A DNA stretch of 64,000 nucleotides, taken from Candidatus Latescibacterota bacterium (GTDB taxonomy: Bacteria; Latescibacterota; CBDEFO01). The notes under the pieces are model-generated. The model saw only the letters and a program-made list of their open reading frames with translations, did no database searches and had not been told where the DNA came from. Positions 41,111 through 51,568 of this stretch are shown in pieces. A program made the position numbers and the translations under genes. The stretch covers positions 3,392,001 through 3,456,000 of the forward strand of contig OZ252149.1 in NCBI GenBank assembly GCA_965248755.1, in the 5' to 3' direction. Numbering within the stretch: the first letter of the stretch is position 1; each line of letters begins with the position of its first letter.

Positions 41111-41389
41111 ATAACTTTACGATTAAGAAGTAAAGTTGTGTCATTTACATAAGTGTTTGTAAAGACATGAACTTGAGGAGTATTATCTCACGATATAAAG
41201 ATAACGTAGAGTATGAATTTTGCGCAGAAGTTATAAAATGGAAATGATCAGACGTTTCAGTTTGAAATACAACAGGCACCGGGCAAGTTAGATCTTGAAG
41301 GCTGGGGAGCAAAATCGGCAGTGGGATATTGTGAGCGGTTATCCAGATAAATTCTCAGTCTCTTTTTGGTTATGCCGGTGTTGTTCAGG

Positions 41390-41790
41390 TCAGGACTTTT
41401 CACCTTCTGTATTGTCGTAAAGATCCTGTGGAGATTCTTTTAGAGAGATATTGTACTCCTTTAGCTTTCTCCACAGCGTAGTTGTCGAGATGTCGAGTCT
41501 TTCAGAGGCTTTTTTGCGGTTCCATGAGCACTCCTCCAATGTGTCGAGTATGTGGAGCCTTTCAACATCGGATAGTGTCATCCCGCTTCTGTGTCTTCTT
41601 TTAGATTCCATCTGGACGCCGCCCTCCGAGGGTCTGCGGAAGATCCTCAGGGGTGATAGTCTCGCCCGACCCAAGTATTATCGAGCGTTCGATAACGTTT
41701 TCTAATTCTCTGACGTTTCCCGGCCAGTCGTAGCTCATAAAGAGACTCAAGGCCCTTTTAGATATAGATTCAATGTCTATTTTGAGCCGC
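41390..41790 (-). pseudogene. 3' remnant of a sigma-54-dependent (NtrC-like) regulator
   Basis: '[16 protein letters not shown]' in one frame and Fis-type HTH 'WNRKKASERLDISTTTLWRKLKEY' in another; 5' part missing. Confidence 0.85.
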
Positions 41791-42222
41791 CCGGTGATGA
41801 CCTGGCCGAGCGACGGGGCCTTCCTGGCCCCTATTAAGTGTTAGTAAGAGTCCGATGATGCTCGCAGCAGTGGAGGCCGCACTCTGCGATTCGGTGATGT
41901 GCCTTACAGGCTGACCCTCAAGAGAAACACCACTAATTCCCTTTGGTGTGACCTATCAGATGATCCGAAGAATAGGGAAATTTGATTAGACTTTTTTGTG
42001 AACTCAGCTACTTCTTTCACCTCCAATACTTTGACTTCTAAACCTTCTTGTACCTTTTCTTGATCTTCTGGTTTCAAATTTTGATAATGCAGAACGCGGG
42101 ATTACCTGTAACATCAGCGTCAATCGCTTCCGAATTATGGTCACTCTGATGACAGGGGCTAATTCAAAAGCCTTGAGGTGGGAAGTGAATTACTCCTGTT
42201 CAGAAGCCGGTGTAATTCACTA

Positions 42223-42251
42223 TTGACTTGGATGCCGATTGTTTTTATCTT
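42223..42251 (+). promoter_or_regulatory. putative sigma-70 promoter
   Basis: TTGACT-N17-TATCTT upstream of 42316. Confidence 0.45.
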
Positions 42252-42315
42252 GTCGAAGAGAGTTTTCGCGCACTATGAGAAAAGGTCAATTTTTGTGATC
42301 ACAAAGGAGGTCTAA

Positions 42316-43113
42316 ATGGCTGAAGGGAACGGAAAAGTCCAGGTTCAGATGATCGGTTTTGCAACACTAAAACTGACGTCTCCCAACGGCAAGGTAATTT
42401 TGATCGATCCGTGGCTAACAGGAAACGATTTCTTCCCAGACGGGAATCCCGCGGTGCCGGATAAGTACAAAGAGGACGTGGGTGCTTTCGGGAACGTGGA
42501 CATAATACTCCAGACTCACGCTCACTTCGATCATTTGAATCTAAATGACATCGTCGCTTTGACCGAAAGATTCAATCCCATTATTCTGACGCCTGTCGAG
42601 ACAGCAGTCTATATCAGGGAGAAGACGGGTATCGAGAACTTCTGCAACGACGGCTGGGGGATGAATCGCGGTCCGCTTGCTCCCATAGACGGAATTCAGG
42701 TCTCAGGCGTTCACTGCGAGCACACGTCCTCGGAGATCCAGACCACGTCTGAGGGAGGGTTAACGGTGCGCGATGTGGGGGATCCAATAGGGTTCGTGGT
42801 AGAATTCGAGAACGGCTTTAAAGTCTACATCTCTTCTGACACGGGACTCTGCTCAGACCTGAAGCTCGTTATTGGAGACTACTACAAGCCAGATCTGACT
42901 ATCTTGAACATCTGCGGCGGCGGGTACACCCTGGGAGGGGATAGCGCAGGATACGCAGTGAAGTTGATCGCTCCTAAGTACGTGATCCCTGCTCACTACG
43001 GGGTCTTTCCAGTAATGGATCAGACACCTGACAAGTTCCTGGAGGCTTTGAAAGTGCACGCTCCAGACGTGAAGGTGTTTGTGCTCGAGTCAGATGAGGT
43101 GGCAGAATTTTGA
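42316..43113 (+). CDS. metal-dependent hydrolase (metallo-beta-lactamase superfamily)
   Basis: 'LIDPW', THAHFDH, 'SDTG', 'IPAHY'; RBS AGGAGG. Confidence 0.9.
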   Translation: MAEGNGKVQVQMIGFATLKLTSPNGKVILIDPWLTGNDFFPDGNPAVPDKYKEDVGAFGNVDIILQTHAHFDHLNLNDIVALTERFNPIILTPVETAVYIREKTGIENFCNDGWGMNRGPLAPIDGIQVSGVHCEHTSSEIQTTSEGGLTVRDVGDPIGFVVEFENGFKVYISSDTGLCSDLKLVIGDYYKPDLTILNICGGGYTLGGDSAGYAVKLIAPKYVIPAHYGVFPVMDQTPDKFLEALKVHAPDVKVFVLESDEVAEF

Positions 43114-43132
43114 GGACTACAGATCGTGATTG

Positions 43133-43164
43133 GGGCGGAACGTCTTTCATTTTCCGCCCTTTTT
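43133..43164 (+). terminator. rho-independent terminator
   Basis: GGGCGGAA...TTCCGCCC stem followed by TTTTT, just downstream of the stop at 43113. Confidence 0.7.
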
Positions 43165-43207
43165 CTCTGTCGTTCGCATAGTCACCGGCCTCGTGTGACT
43201 CTTTGTC

Positions 43208-43236
43208 TTGACTCGTCTTCTTTGAAGTGTTATCAT
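43208..43236 (+). promoter_or_regulatory. putative sigma-70 promoter
   Basis: TTGACT-N17-TATCAT with TG extension. Confidence 0.5.
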
Positions 43237-43271
43237 AGACAGGAAATTAGATAGGCAAAAGGACGTCCAGA

Positions 43272-43487
43272 ATGCAAGGACAAAAGGGGGCCATGACAGT
43301 GAATGAGAAAGACCTTGAAGAGCTGAAACGGATTCAGTTTAGGTGGCGGGAGACGCGGTCCAGGTTCAACGATCTGAAGACGAACATGCAGTTTCCAAGC
43401 AGCATAGGCGATTGGTTTGAGAAATTCATTACAGTTCTGGATAAGCGGCTGGAGATCATAGAGAGGAACCTAATAGATAAAGATTAA
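43272..43487 (+). CDS. small hypothetical helical protein
   Basis: Has its own promoter-like signal; amphipathic helical composition. Confidence 0.5.
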   Translation: MQGQKGAMTVNEKDLEELKRIQFRWRETRSRFNDLKTNMQFPSSIGDWFEKFITVLDKRLEIIERNLIDKD

Positions 43488-43503
43488 GGATAAGGTTAAG
43501 TTT

Positions 43504-44991
43504 TCATTCTCTTCTTTTGATTACGGCTTCCACTAATCCTGCGGCTTTGTACATGGTTTCGATATATTCCCTTTCCGGCGAAGAATCGGCGACGATTCCC
43601 GCTCCCACCTGCAGGTATGCCTGCCCTCCAGAAAGAACCAAGGTCCTTATGACGATGTTGAAGTCACAATCGCCGTTGTAGCTGAAGTATCCGACAGATC
43701 CTGTATAGATATTTCTGGTTGTGGGCTCGAGCTCGTCTATGATCTCCATGCACCTTATCTTTGGACAACCTGTGATGGTCCCTCCGGGGAAGACGGCTCT
43801 TATCAGCTCGAAGGAGGTGTATCCGTCCTGCAAAGTCCCGCTGATATTTGAGACGATGTGCGTGACGTGTGAGTATCTTTCCAGGGTCATAAGTTCATCT
43901 ACGCTTACTGAACCATATCGGCATACCCGCCCAATATCGTTCCTCTCCAAGTCGACGAGCATGATGTGTTCGGCCCGTTCTTTTTGATCTAAAAGGAGTT
44001 GGCCGCCGATCCTTTCGTCCTCCTTCTGGTCTTTTCCTCTCTTTTGGGTTCCGGCGATTGGTCTGGTCTGCACCTGATCGTTACAGAGCTTTACCAGTCT
44101 TTCCGGGGAGGAACTTGCGATCTTTATGTCCGCAAGCTTCAAATAGCAGGCAAAAGGAGAGGGGTTTATGTCTCTGAGGGCTCTGTAGAGATGCCAGCTG
44201 TCGCCCTCAAATTCGATGGCTAATCTCTGCGATAAATTGACTTGATAGACGTCTCCGGCGCGGATGTATTCCTTAACCCGTCGAACGGCTTTTTCGAATT
44301 CTGCCCTCTCGAAGTTGTACGATATATCTCCTGTCTTGAAGGACTCGCTTTCGTCATAAATCTTGTAATTCTTATTCAGCAGGATATCGGCTACTCTGTA
44401 AATTCTCTCTTTTGCAGAGTCTATTTCGAGTTTAGTGTCAGAGGTTAGGTCTATATTGGAGATTATGTAAAGGCTGTCGGCAAGGTGGTCGAATACGACT
44501 GCGCTGTCGCATACCAAGAAGAAGATGTCCGGCAGCTCAAGGTCGTCTTGGGCTCTTCGGGAGAGCACCTCAAAGTAGTGACGGGCGTCGTATCCCAAGT
44601 AGCCTATGGCTCCGCCTGTAAAGTTGGGGAGTCCCTCCAATTTCGGGGAAGAGCGTCTTTTCATCAACTCCTGCAGACCGGATACGGGATTCCCTCTCTG
44701 GGAAGATTCCGATTTGCCTTCGGTTATGTGAAAGCGGTCGCCCTTGCCCTTGAAGATAAGTTCGGGAGTCGCGGCGATGATCGAATATCTCCCAATCTTG
44801 GTGCCTACGCGAGCGCTCTCCAGGAGCGCTCCATAGTCTCCGCGTATAAGCTTTGAGCACATAAGCTTTGAGAAAGCTCCTATTGGACAAACAGGAGGAC
44901 TCTTGATCTGTGCCCATAGCGGATAACGCCCGAACCTATCGGATAAGTCGTCAAGCTGCTGTGGGCTCAGAGTTAAGGCTATATCTATCAA
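43504..44991 (-). CDS. anthranilate synthase component I / aminodeoxychorismate synthase PabB family protein
   Basis: LLES, 'GGAIGYLGYD', 'SSPERL', 'PIAGT', 'EHIMLVDLERND', 'FPGGTITGCPK'. Confidence 0.92.
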   Translation of the reverse strand: MIDIALTLSPQQLDDLSDRFGRYPLWAQIKSPPVCPIGAFSKLMCSKLIRGDYGALLESARVGTKIGRYSIIAATPELIFKGKGDRFHITEGKSESSQRGNPVSGLQELMKRRSSPKLEGLPNFTGGAIGYLGYDARHYFEVLSRRAQDDLELPDIFFLVCDSAVVFDHLADSLYIISNIDLTSDTKLEIDSAKERIYRVADILLNKNYKIYDESESFKTGDISYNFERAEFEKAVRRVKEYIRAGDVYQVNLSQRLAIEFEGDSWHLYRALRDINPSPFACYLKLADIKIASSSPERLVKLCNDQVQTRPIAGTQKRGKDQKEDERIGGQLLLDQKERAEHIMLVDLERNDIGRVCRYGSVSVDELMTLERYSHVTHIVSNISGTLQDGYTSFELIRAVFPGGTITGCPKIRCMEIIDELEPTTRNIYTGSVGYFSYNGDCDFNIVIRTLVLSGGQAYLQVGAGIVADSSPEREYIETMYKAAGLVEAVIKRRE

Positions 44992-45215
44992 TTTAATAGT
45001 ACCAAATTAGGCTTAATCCACCCATGGTAAATAGAGTCAGTGTAGTAGCTATCTACTATCTCCTATCTACGTGTTTATGCCGTCTACTTCTCTAATCCTC
45101 GTCTGCCGATTTAATAACCTTGACTTTAGAAATCTTTATTATTATCTTTTGACCTTTCATACTGATAGTATAATACATCCTAACTGAAGAATCAATAAAA
45201 AATGGGAAGTTATTT

Positions 45216-46481
45216 CATACCGCTCCCCTTGACAGAGCGACAAATATTTCGCAAATTGGGGTTTGAGAAGGGAGGTCAAGGTGTCGAGCCCCGAAGTGAA
45301 AGATGGTAAGCGCTGGACGGCGACCCGTAAGGGAGAGATTGTGTTGGCTCTTTTGAGAGGAGCAGATCTATCTGAGGTGTGTCGTAAGAATGGAATTAGC
45401 CAGTCGCAGGCGTATGCTTGGCGTGATAGTTTCTTAGAAGGGGGCCAGGAGAGTCTGAAGTCTCGGCGTGGTCGCAAGGATCCGAAGGAGCGAGAGGTTA
45501 GCCGGTTGGAGCGCAAGGTAGGGCAGTTGACGCTCCAGTTGGAGATACTCGAAGAGGTAGCCCGTCTAAAAAAAACGAAGCGGTTGCCTTGAGTGGGCGG
45601 TTTTTGGGTCGAGGCTATTCCCGCAAGGTGGTAGCTTTGGCTTTGGGTTTGCATCGTTCGACTCTGTATAGGTTTAGGGATAGAGGTGTCAGTTCTTCTG
45701 TTAAAGAGCCTGTGATAGATGAGGAGCTTGCTTTTCGTATTCGAGGGATACTGGACCAAGAAGAGGCATTTGGTCACAGGCGGGTTTGGGCGCATCTTCG
45801 TTTCAAGGAAGGGGAATGTGTCAACGTTAAGAAGGTTCATAGGATAATGAAGCTTAAGGGGTGGCAGTGTAAGCTGTGGAATCGTCCCGGGAGAAAGGGG
45901 CCACAGGTTGCCCAGAAGCGTTCTGTGGTGGATAGTCCCGACAGTTTGTGGTCGAGTGACTTGACAAAGATTTACTGTGGAAAAGATGGTTGGTGTCCTC
46001 TTATTGCGGTGGTGGACAACGGAAGCCGGGAGGTTCCTGGGTATCGTTTTAGTCGAAAAGGGAGGGCACTGGAGGCCACAGATGCCCTGGATCGGGCCGT
46101 GATCTCTCGATACACTTCCAAGGAGGCTGTCCCCCAGGGTCTCACTTTGCGCTCTGACAATGGTTCCATCTTTTTGGCTCGGGCCTATTTGGCCAGTACC
46201 GAATATTGGGGAATTCGTCAGGAATACATACCAAGTGGTAAACCCGATTGGAACGGTGTTGTAGAGCGTTTTTTCAGGACCCTCAAGCAAGAGTGTGTTT
46301 GGCTTCACAAGTTTGAATCCTTTGAACAGGCTGAGAAGATCATATCTCAGTGGATCGATAATTACAACAAGAACAGGCTTCATTCATCCCTGGGATATAA
46401 GACCCCAAAAGAGTGGAGAAAACAATTTTATCTACTACCCCAGGTTGCTTAATTGGTGTCGCTTTCCTGGGAAGCAGTACA
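45216..46481 (+). mobile_element. IS3-family insertion sequence, copy 2, TSD ATTT (orfA 45263-45592, orfB 45589-46452)
   Basis: Same proteins and ends as copy 1; ATTT at 45212-45215 and 46482-46485. Confidence 0.95.
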
Positions 46482-46548
46482 ATTTGCTGAAATTGGCTTA
46501 TCACTTTTTCTATGAGAAGGCTTATCTCGGAAACACGGAGGCATTAAA

Positions 46549-47457
46549 ATGGCGGAAAAGTTTGTAAGATTCACGGTTGAATCTGGTCGAGAAGTGTGGG
46601 GGAAAGTAGTAGACGAATCGGATATTTCGAATGTGAAGGCAGTAAGATTAGATGGCGAGGGACTCGAGGGACCTATTCGAAGTTACGAACGTCTATCCGA
46701 TCAATTACATACGGCAACCCAAAGAGAAGAGATTACAATCACAGAAGGCAGATTCCTTCCTCCCGTAAACCGTCCGCCAGATTTTCTGCCGAATATCTAC
46801 GCCGTGGGACTCAATTACTACGAACATGGAGCGGCGACCGGGCAGCTGGAAAAGGGCCAAAGGCCCGGAGCACCTATTCTGTTCCCTAAATGGACTACGT
46901 CGGTCACCTCCCACACTTCTCCGATCATTTTGCCTGCCTCAGCGCCAAACTGTGTGGATTATGAGGTAGAATTAGCCTTAATCATAGGCAAGGAGGGTAA
47001 GAACATCCCACCGGAAGCGGCGTTAGAATATGTATTAGGATTTACTATTGCAAACGATGTGAGTGCCCGTGACGTGCAGGGAATGTATCCCCAAATCCAA
47101 CCAAATAGTCAATGGGGAAAAGCAAAATCGTTTGACACATTCTGTCCCTTGGGACCATTCTTAGTTATGGACATAGACCCTCAAGACCAGGATATAATGT
47201 TGTATGTCGATGGAGACAGGAAACAATTGGGTAACACAGGCGATATGATGTACTCGTTAGCAGAGCTCATCGCCTATATTTCTCTGGATGCCAGGTTGTT
47301 GCCCGGAACGGTACTATTGACCGGGACGCCCAAAGGTACACAGGTAGAAGAGCATCATGCTGGAAGGGAGCCGCGTTATCTGAAAGCGGGTCAAGAGGTA
47401 GTAGCTCAAATCGGCGAGGTGGGAACCTTGGTAAACTGTGTCCAAGAATCTAAGTAA
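46549..47457 (+). CDS. fumarylacetoacetate hydrolase family protein
   Basis: 'VGLNY..H', 'DYEVEL', 'NDVSARD', 'KSFDTFCPLGP', 'TGTP'. Confidence 0.93.
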   Translation: MAEKFVRFTVESGREVWGKVVDESDISNVKAVRLDGEGLEGPIRSYERLSDQLHTATQREEITITEGRFLPPVNRPPDFLPNIYAVGLNYYEHGAATGQLEKGQRPGAPILFPKWTTSVTSHTSPIILPASAPNCVDYEVELALIIGKEGKNIPPEAALEYVLGFTIANDVSARDVQGMYPQIQPNSQWGKAKSFDTFCPLGPFLVMDIDPQDQDIMLYVDGDRKQLGNTGDMMYSLAELIAYISLDARLLPGTVLLTGTPKGTQVEEHHAGREPRYLKAGQEVVAQIGEVGTLVNCVQESK

Positions 47458-47511
47458 AGCTTCTCCTAACTATTGCTGATCGTTGTGGAATTTCGAACAG
47501 GAGGACTCGAT

Positions 47512-48510
47512 ATGGCGAAAGATAAAATCAGGTGGGGTGTGTTGGGATGTGCCCGCATCGCTCTGAATTCTTTTCTTCCAGCATTAGCAAGTTCCGAAAC
47601 AGGAAGCCTAGCCGCCATCGCCAGCCGTGACAGATCCAAGGCCGAAGCTGAGGGCGAGAAATTCGGGGCGGAGAGGTTCTACGGATGCTACGAGGAGCTT
47701 TTGGACTCTGGTGGCATAGATGCCCTCTATATTCCATTGCCCAACAATATGCACAAAGAATACACCCTCAAGGCTGCGCAAAGGGGAATACACGTCCTTT
47801 GCGAAAAGCCGTTTGCTATGAACCAAAAGGAAGCCCTCGAAATGAAGGAAGCCTGCCGAAAAAATAGGGTCCGACTTATGAACGCCTTTATGTGGCACTT
47901 GGACCCCATGAATCAGCGGGCGCTTGAGATAGTACGTTTGGGAGAGATAGGAAAGATAAAATATATGAACGCTGCCTTTACCTCTAATCTTCCAAGACAG
48001 GACGATATCCGCCTGCAAAGAAAGATGGGAGGGGGGTCGCTTCTGGACGCCGGGGTCTATTGTGTCAACACCTTTCGACGTTTTATGAGGAAGGAACCGG
48101 TCGAAGTGGTGGGCCTATCTGTTACTCCTACGCTCAAAGCAGATGTGGATGAGACATTTAGCGGCCTACTCCGCTTTGATGAAGATGAGATAGCTGCATT
48201 CGTCGCCAGCTTCAGAATGAGCAGCCAGCAGCGATACGAGATAGTAGGCGAAAAGGGGAGAATACGTTCTCCCTGCGGTCCGTGGCACCGTAAAGAACCG
48301 AATAGGATAGAGGTCATAACAGATGACAACGTCAGGGAGGAGAACTTCGAGGAGAACGATCCGTTCAAAAACGAAATCGAGTATTTTACAGGGTGTATTC
48401 AGTCCGATAAGGAGCCTGACCCAGGCGGAGAGGACGGTTACCTTGAAATGAAAGTGCTGGATGCTCTTATGGAGTCTGCTCTGATGGGAAAGAAGGTTGA
48501 GATAAAATGA
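47512..48510 (+). CDS. Gfo/Idh/MocA family oxidoreductase
   Basis: 'WGVLGCARIA', 'YIPLPN..H', 'HVLCEKP', 'GGSLLD.GVY'. Confidence 0.92.
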   Translation: MAKDKIRWGVLGCARIALNSFLPALASSETGSLAAIASRDRSKAEAEGEKFGAERFYGCYEELLDSGGIDALYIPLPNNMHKEYTLKAAQRGIHVLCEKPFAMNQKEALEMKEACRKNRVRLMNAFMWHLDPMNQRALEIVRLGEIGKIKYMNAAFTSNLPRQDDIRLQRKMGGGSLLDAGVYCVNTFRRFMRKEPVEVVGLSVTPTLKADVDETFSGLLRFDEDEIAAFVASFRMSSQQRYEIVGEKGRIRSPCGPWHRKEPNRIEVITDDNVREENFEENDPFKNEIEYFTGCIQSDKEPDPGGEDGYLEMKVLDALMESALMGKKVEIK

Positions 48511-48548
48511 CGTTTACATTGTTGCCCCCGATAGATTCACTCGGGGGT

Positions 48549-49919
48549 TCAATCGTTGTATGTACCTAACTGACGATATTCATTAAGCTTGTTTCTTAAA
48601 GTTCTAACGCTTATCGCTAAAATCTCTGACGTTTTCTCCTTGTGACCGTTCTGTTCTTTTAGGGTCTCCAGGATGAGGGTCTGTTCCAATTCTTTCAGGG
48701 TCTTGCCAGTCAGGTTGAATTTATTCCCGTTATGGGACGCAGGACTTTTCCTTTCGAATCGGAAGTCTTTGGGGGTTAGGATCTCATTTTTGCTCAGCAC
48801 AACTGCCCGTTCTATGCTGTTTTCCAATTCCCTGACGTTCCCCGGCCAATCCATCTCTAACAAAAGATCCAACGCCTCATCCGAAAGCCCGTTAATTTTT
48901 TTTCCGTTCTCCTTGCTGTACTTGTTGATAAAGAACTCAGCCAGAAGCGGTATATCCTCTTTCCTCTCTCTTAAAGAAACCGGAAAGAGCGGGATTACAT
49001 TTAGTCTGTAGAAAAGGTCTTCTCGGAACCTTCCTTCCTCTATCTCCTGGTTTAGATCTCTGTTGGAGGTTGCTATTATCCTCACATCCACGCTTACGCT
49101 CTTTTCCCCTCCGACCCTCTCAAACTCTCTTTCCTGAAGCACGCGCAGGAGTTTCCCCTGAAGCGACGGAGTTATCTCACTTACTTCATCCAAGAGCAGT
49201 GTCCCGCCGTGTGCCATCTCGAACTTCCCCTTATTCTGACGGATGGCACCTGTGAAGGCACCTTTCTCATGCCCGAACAGTTCGCTTTCCACCAGGCCTT
49301 CGGGCAGGGCAGCACAGTTTATCTTGATGAAGGGGTTGTCTCTCCTGTTGCTGTTGTAGTGGATGGCCTTGGCTATGACCTCCTTGCCTGTTCCGCTCTC
49401 CCCTTGTATGAGGAAAGTGGCTCTGGTGGATGCCGCCATCTCTATAGTCTCAAAGACCTCTTGCATCTTTGGGCTCGTTCCGACTATTATGTTGTCGAAG
49501 CTGTACTTACCCCTAAGTTCCGATTTAAGGTATCTGTTTTCGTCTATGAGCTTTCTGAGTTCGAATATCTTAGAGACTCTGACTTCTATCTCGTCAGCTG
49601 AAAAGGGCTTGGTAACGTAATCGCGGGCGCCGTCTTTCATCGCCTCGACGGCGTTGCTTATCGTTCCGTAGGCTGTTACTATTATGACATCTGTGGAGGG
49701 AGAAATCTCTTTCGCCGCGTGTAATACTTCCATCCCGTCTGCGCCCGGCATCCTCAAATCTGTCAATATCAGATCATAGGAACCTGATGTGATCTTGCTA
49801 ATCGCTTGTTTTCCATCTGCTGCAAGATCGATTTGGAAACTCTTTCTTTCTAAGACTTCCTTGAGAAAATCTCTCATTAGTGGCTCATCATCTACTACGA
49901 GTATGCAGCCTTCCGACAT
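48549..49919 (-). CDS. sigma-54-dependent response regulator (NtrC/FlgR-like)
   Basis: REC domain, [35 protein letters not shown]. Confidence 0.95.
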   Translation of the reverse strand: MSEGCILVVDDEPLMRDFLKEVLERKSFQIDLAADGKQAISKITSGSYDLILTDLRMPGADGMEVLHAAKEISPSTDVIIVTAYGTISNAVEAMKDGARDYVTKPFSADEIEVRVSKIFELRKLIDENRYLKSELRGKYSFDNIIVGTSPKMQEVFETIEMAASTRATFLIQGESGTGKEVIAKAIHYNSNRRDNPFIKINCAALPEGLVESELFGHEKGAFTGAIRQNKGKFEMAHGGTLLLDEVSEITPSLQGKLLRVLQEREFERVGGEKSVSVDVRIIATSNRDLNQEIEEGRFREDLFYRLNVIPLFPVSLRERKEDIPLLAEFFINKYSKENGKKINGLSDEALDLLLEMDWPGNVRELENSIERAVVLSKNEILTPKDFRFERKSPASHNGNKFNLTGKTLKELEQTLILETLKEQNGHKEKTSEILAISVRTLRNKLNEYRQLGTYND

Positions 49920-50341
49920 GCCTGCTCCTTATTTACGCTGGGCCCGATAATTAGTCTTATTATTCTTCTATTTCCCCAAAGAGTTCCTGAATACTTTTGG
50001 GGGACCTTAGCGGCGAGGTAAATGAAAATACTTTGCTGAACCTTCGGAGATTCTGCACTTGGCTCTGGGCTAAAGGTTCTGTGCTTTGGCTTGTGATGAT
50101 GCAGCCTGCTCTTGTCTTCAGTCACTGCGAAGTGCCAGACCGCGATCCCTTAAGGAGTTGCCGAGCAGAACCGATCTCAAAAGCTTTCTCCTGCTGCAAG
50201 AAAGAGTGATCGTTCGACGTGTTTGGGGGTCGTCCCTCATTACAATGCAGGGTTCAAAACAGTTGACAGGATCGGAAAATCTTTCCTTATTCTGTAAATG
50301 TATCTAAAATCAGTGTAATTGTCAAGAGCTTTCAAAGGGCT

Positions 50342-51553
50342 CTAAGCATAACAGGGGAGAGTGACCACCAATGTGGCTCCCACTCCTGGCTTGCTTTCTA
50401 CTTCCACCGAGCCGTCGTGCGACCGCAGTATCTTTTCGACTATAGCCAATCCCAAACCTGTTCCCTTCTCTTTGGTGGTGAAGAAGGGGCTGAATATCTG
50501 ATCTCTGTCCTTTTGCAAGATCCCCGGCCCTGTGTCTGATATTTTCACGCTTGCGAAATCCTGATGCCCGTCGCTGTGAGATTCTACTTCTACATTTAGC
50601 CTTCCGCCCTTAGACATCGCGTGGAAGGCGTTCTTAAAGAGGTTAGAAAGGGCCTGTAGTATTAGTTCAGGATCGGCCTCAACATATATTGCTTTTTGAG
50701 GGAAATCCCTTATTATCTCAAATCGTTGCAGGGCTTCCTCTGTCTCTGTTTTAACGCTTAAGAGGGCGCTTTCTACTGATGAAGCAATATCTAACTTTTC
50801 CTTCTTCGGCTCCAGGGGACTTGTAAAGACTAGAAGATTATGAATGATCCCCTCCAGGGTGGACACACCTTGGATAATCTTTCTGGCCATCTTATTTCTG
50901 GGGTCATCCCTTCCCAGGTCTCTCTCCAGAAGGCTGGCAAAGCCTCCTATCCCACAGAGCGGATTACGTATTTCGTGTGCGATCAGCGCAGCCATTTCAC
51001 CCAAAACAGCAAGTGTCCTTGCCTTTTGGATTCTTTGCTCTAAGTTCCTCAGAACAGCGATGTCCCTTAATATCTCCACGGCTCCTAAGATCTTTCCGTT
51101 GTTGTCAGTTACCAAAGATGTGCTGAATTCTACCGGCAGACTCTCTCCTGTTTTGGTTACGATCAACTTTTCCTGACCTACCGCCAGGTGGTCCGATACT
51201 AGGGTATACAAGGGTGTGTCTTTGTAGTCCAGAGAGTCCCCGAAAAGATCAAGGTATTTGGAGTTTAGGGCTTCATCCGATGAGTATCCTGTGATTTCCT
51301 CAGCCTTCTTGTTAAAAAGAGTGATTTTTCCTTCCAAGTCTACAACCAGTACAGCGGCGTTAATGCTCTCCAAGATGCTGTCGAGGTAATCGGTTGCATT
51401 TTGGTCATTTTGAGCTGGTCCTTCTTCTTGACTCTTATTCCCTAGCTTGAAATTGACATCTGCCAGTTTCTGGGACAGTTCCAGATAGTCGGTCCTTAAT
51501 TTGTCCATCGTGCTGTTGAAGCTCATGAAAGTTTCTTCAAAGGGCTTCATCAT
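50342..51553 (-). CDS. PAS-domain sensor histidine kinase (FlgS-like)
   Basis: PAS domain, 'AHEIRNPL', N box, 'DTGPG', 'GTGLGL'. Confidence 0.93.
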   Translation of the reverse strand: MMKPFEETFMSFNSTMDKLRTDYLELSQKLADVNFKLGNKSQEEGPAQNDQNATDYLDSILESINAAVLVVDLEGKITLFNKKAEEITGYSSDEALNSKYLDLFGDSLDYKDTPLYTLVSDHLAVGQEKLIVTKTGESLPVEFSTSLVTDNNGKILGAVEILRDIAVLRNLEQRIQKARTLAVLGEMAALIAHEIRNPLCGIGGFASLLERDLGRDDPRNKMARKIIQGVSTLEGIIHNLLVFTSPLEPKKEKLDIASSVESALLSVKTETEEALQRFEIIRDFPQKAIYVEADPELILQALSNLFKNAFHAMSKGGRLNVEVESHSDGHQDFASVKISDTGPGILQKDRDQIFSPFFTTKEKGTGLGLAIVEKILRSHDGSVEVESKPGVGATLVVTLPCYA

Positions 51554-51568
51554 AAGTAGCCTTTCCGA

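Larger units (their letters stand above)
6965..48547. repeat. dispersed 23-bp palindromic repeat family at 14 loci
   Basis: Copies at 6965, 8657, 11683, 15131, 24433, 25494, 28664, 29186, 30438, 31787, 32780, 36150, 40832, 48525. Confidence 0.92.

Noticed and set aside
41764..41774. ATAGATTCAAT core matching the hairpin element
   Set aside because: Lacks the C/G stem and reads as ordinary coding sequence of the NtrC remnant; probably chance.
6965..48547. 23-bp palindromes as a CRISPR array
   Set aside because: Copies are kilobases apart and in both orientations, with no regular spacers and no cas genes.
6965..48547. 23-bp palindromes as simple rho-independent terminators
   Set aside because: No poly-T tails, and several copies lie upstream of or inside genes. 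A few at gene ends could still act as terminators secondarily.
50200..50280. Possible 6S RNA or riboswitch
   Set aside because: Only a short TTGAACCC resemblance; the long stem with central bubble could not be built by eye.
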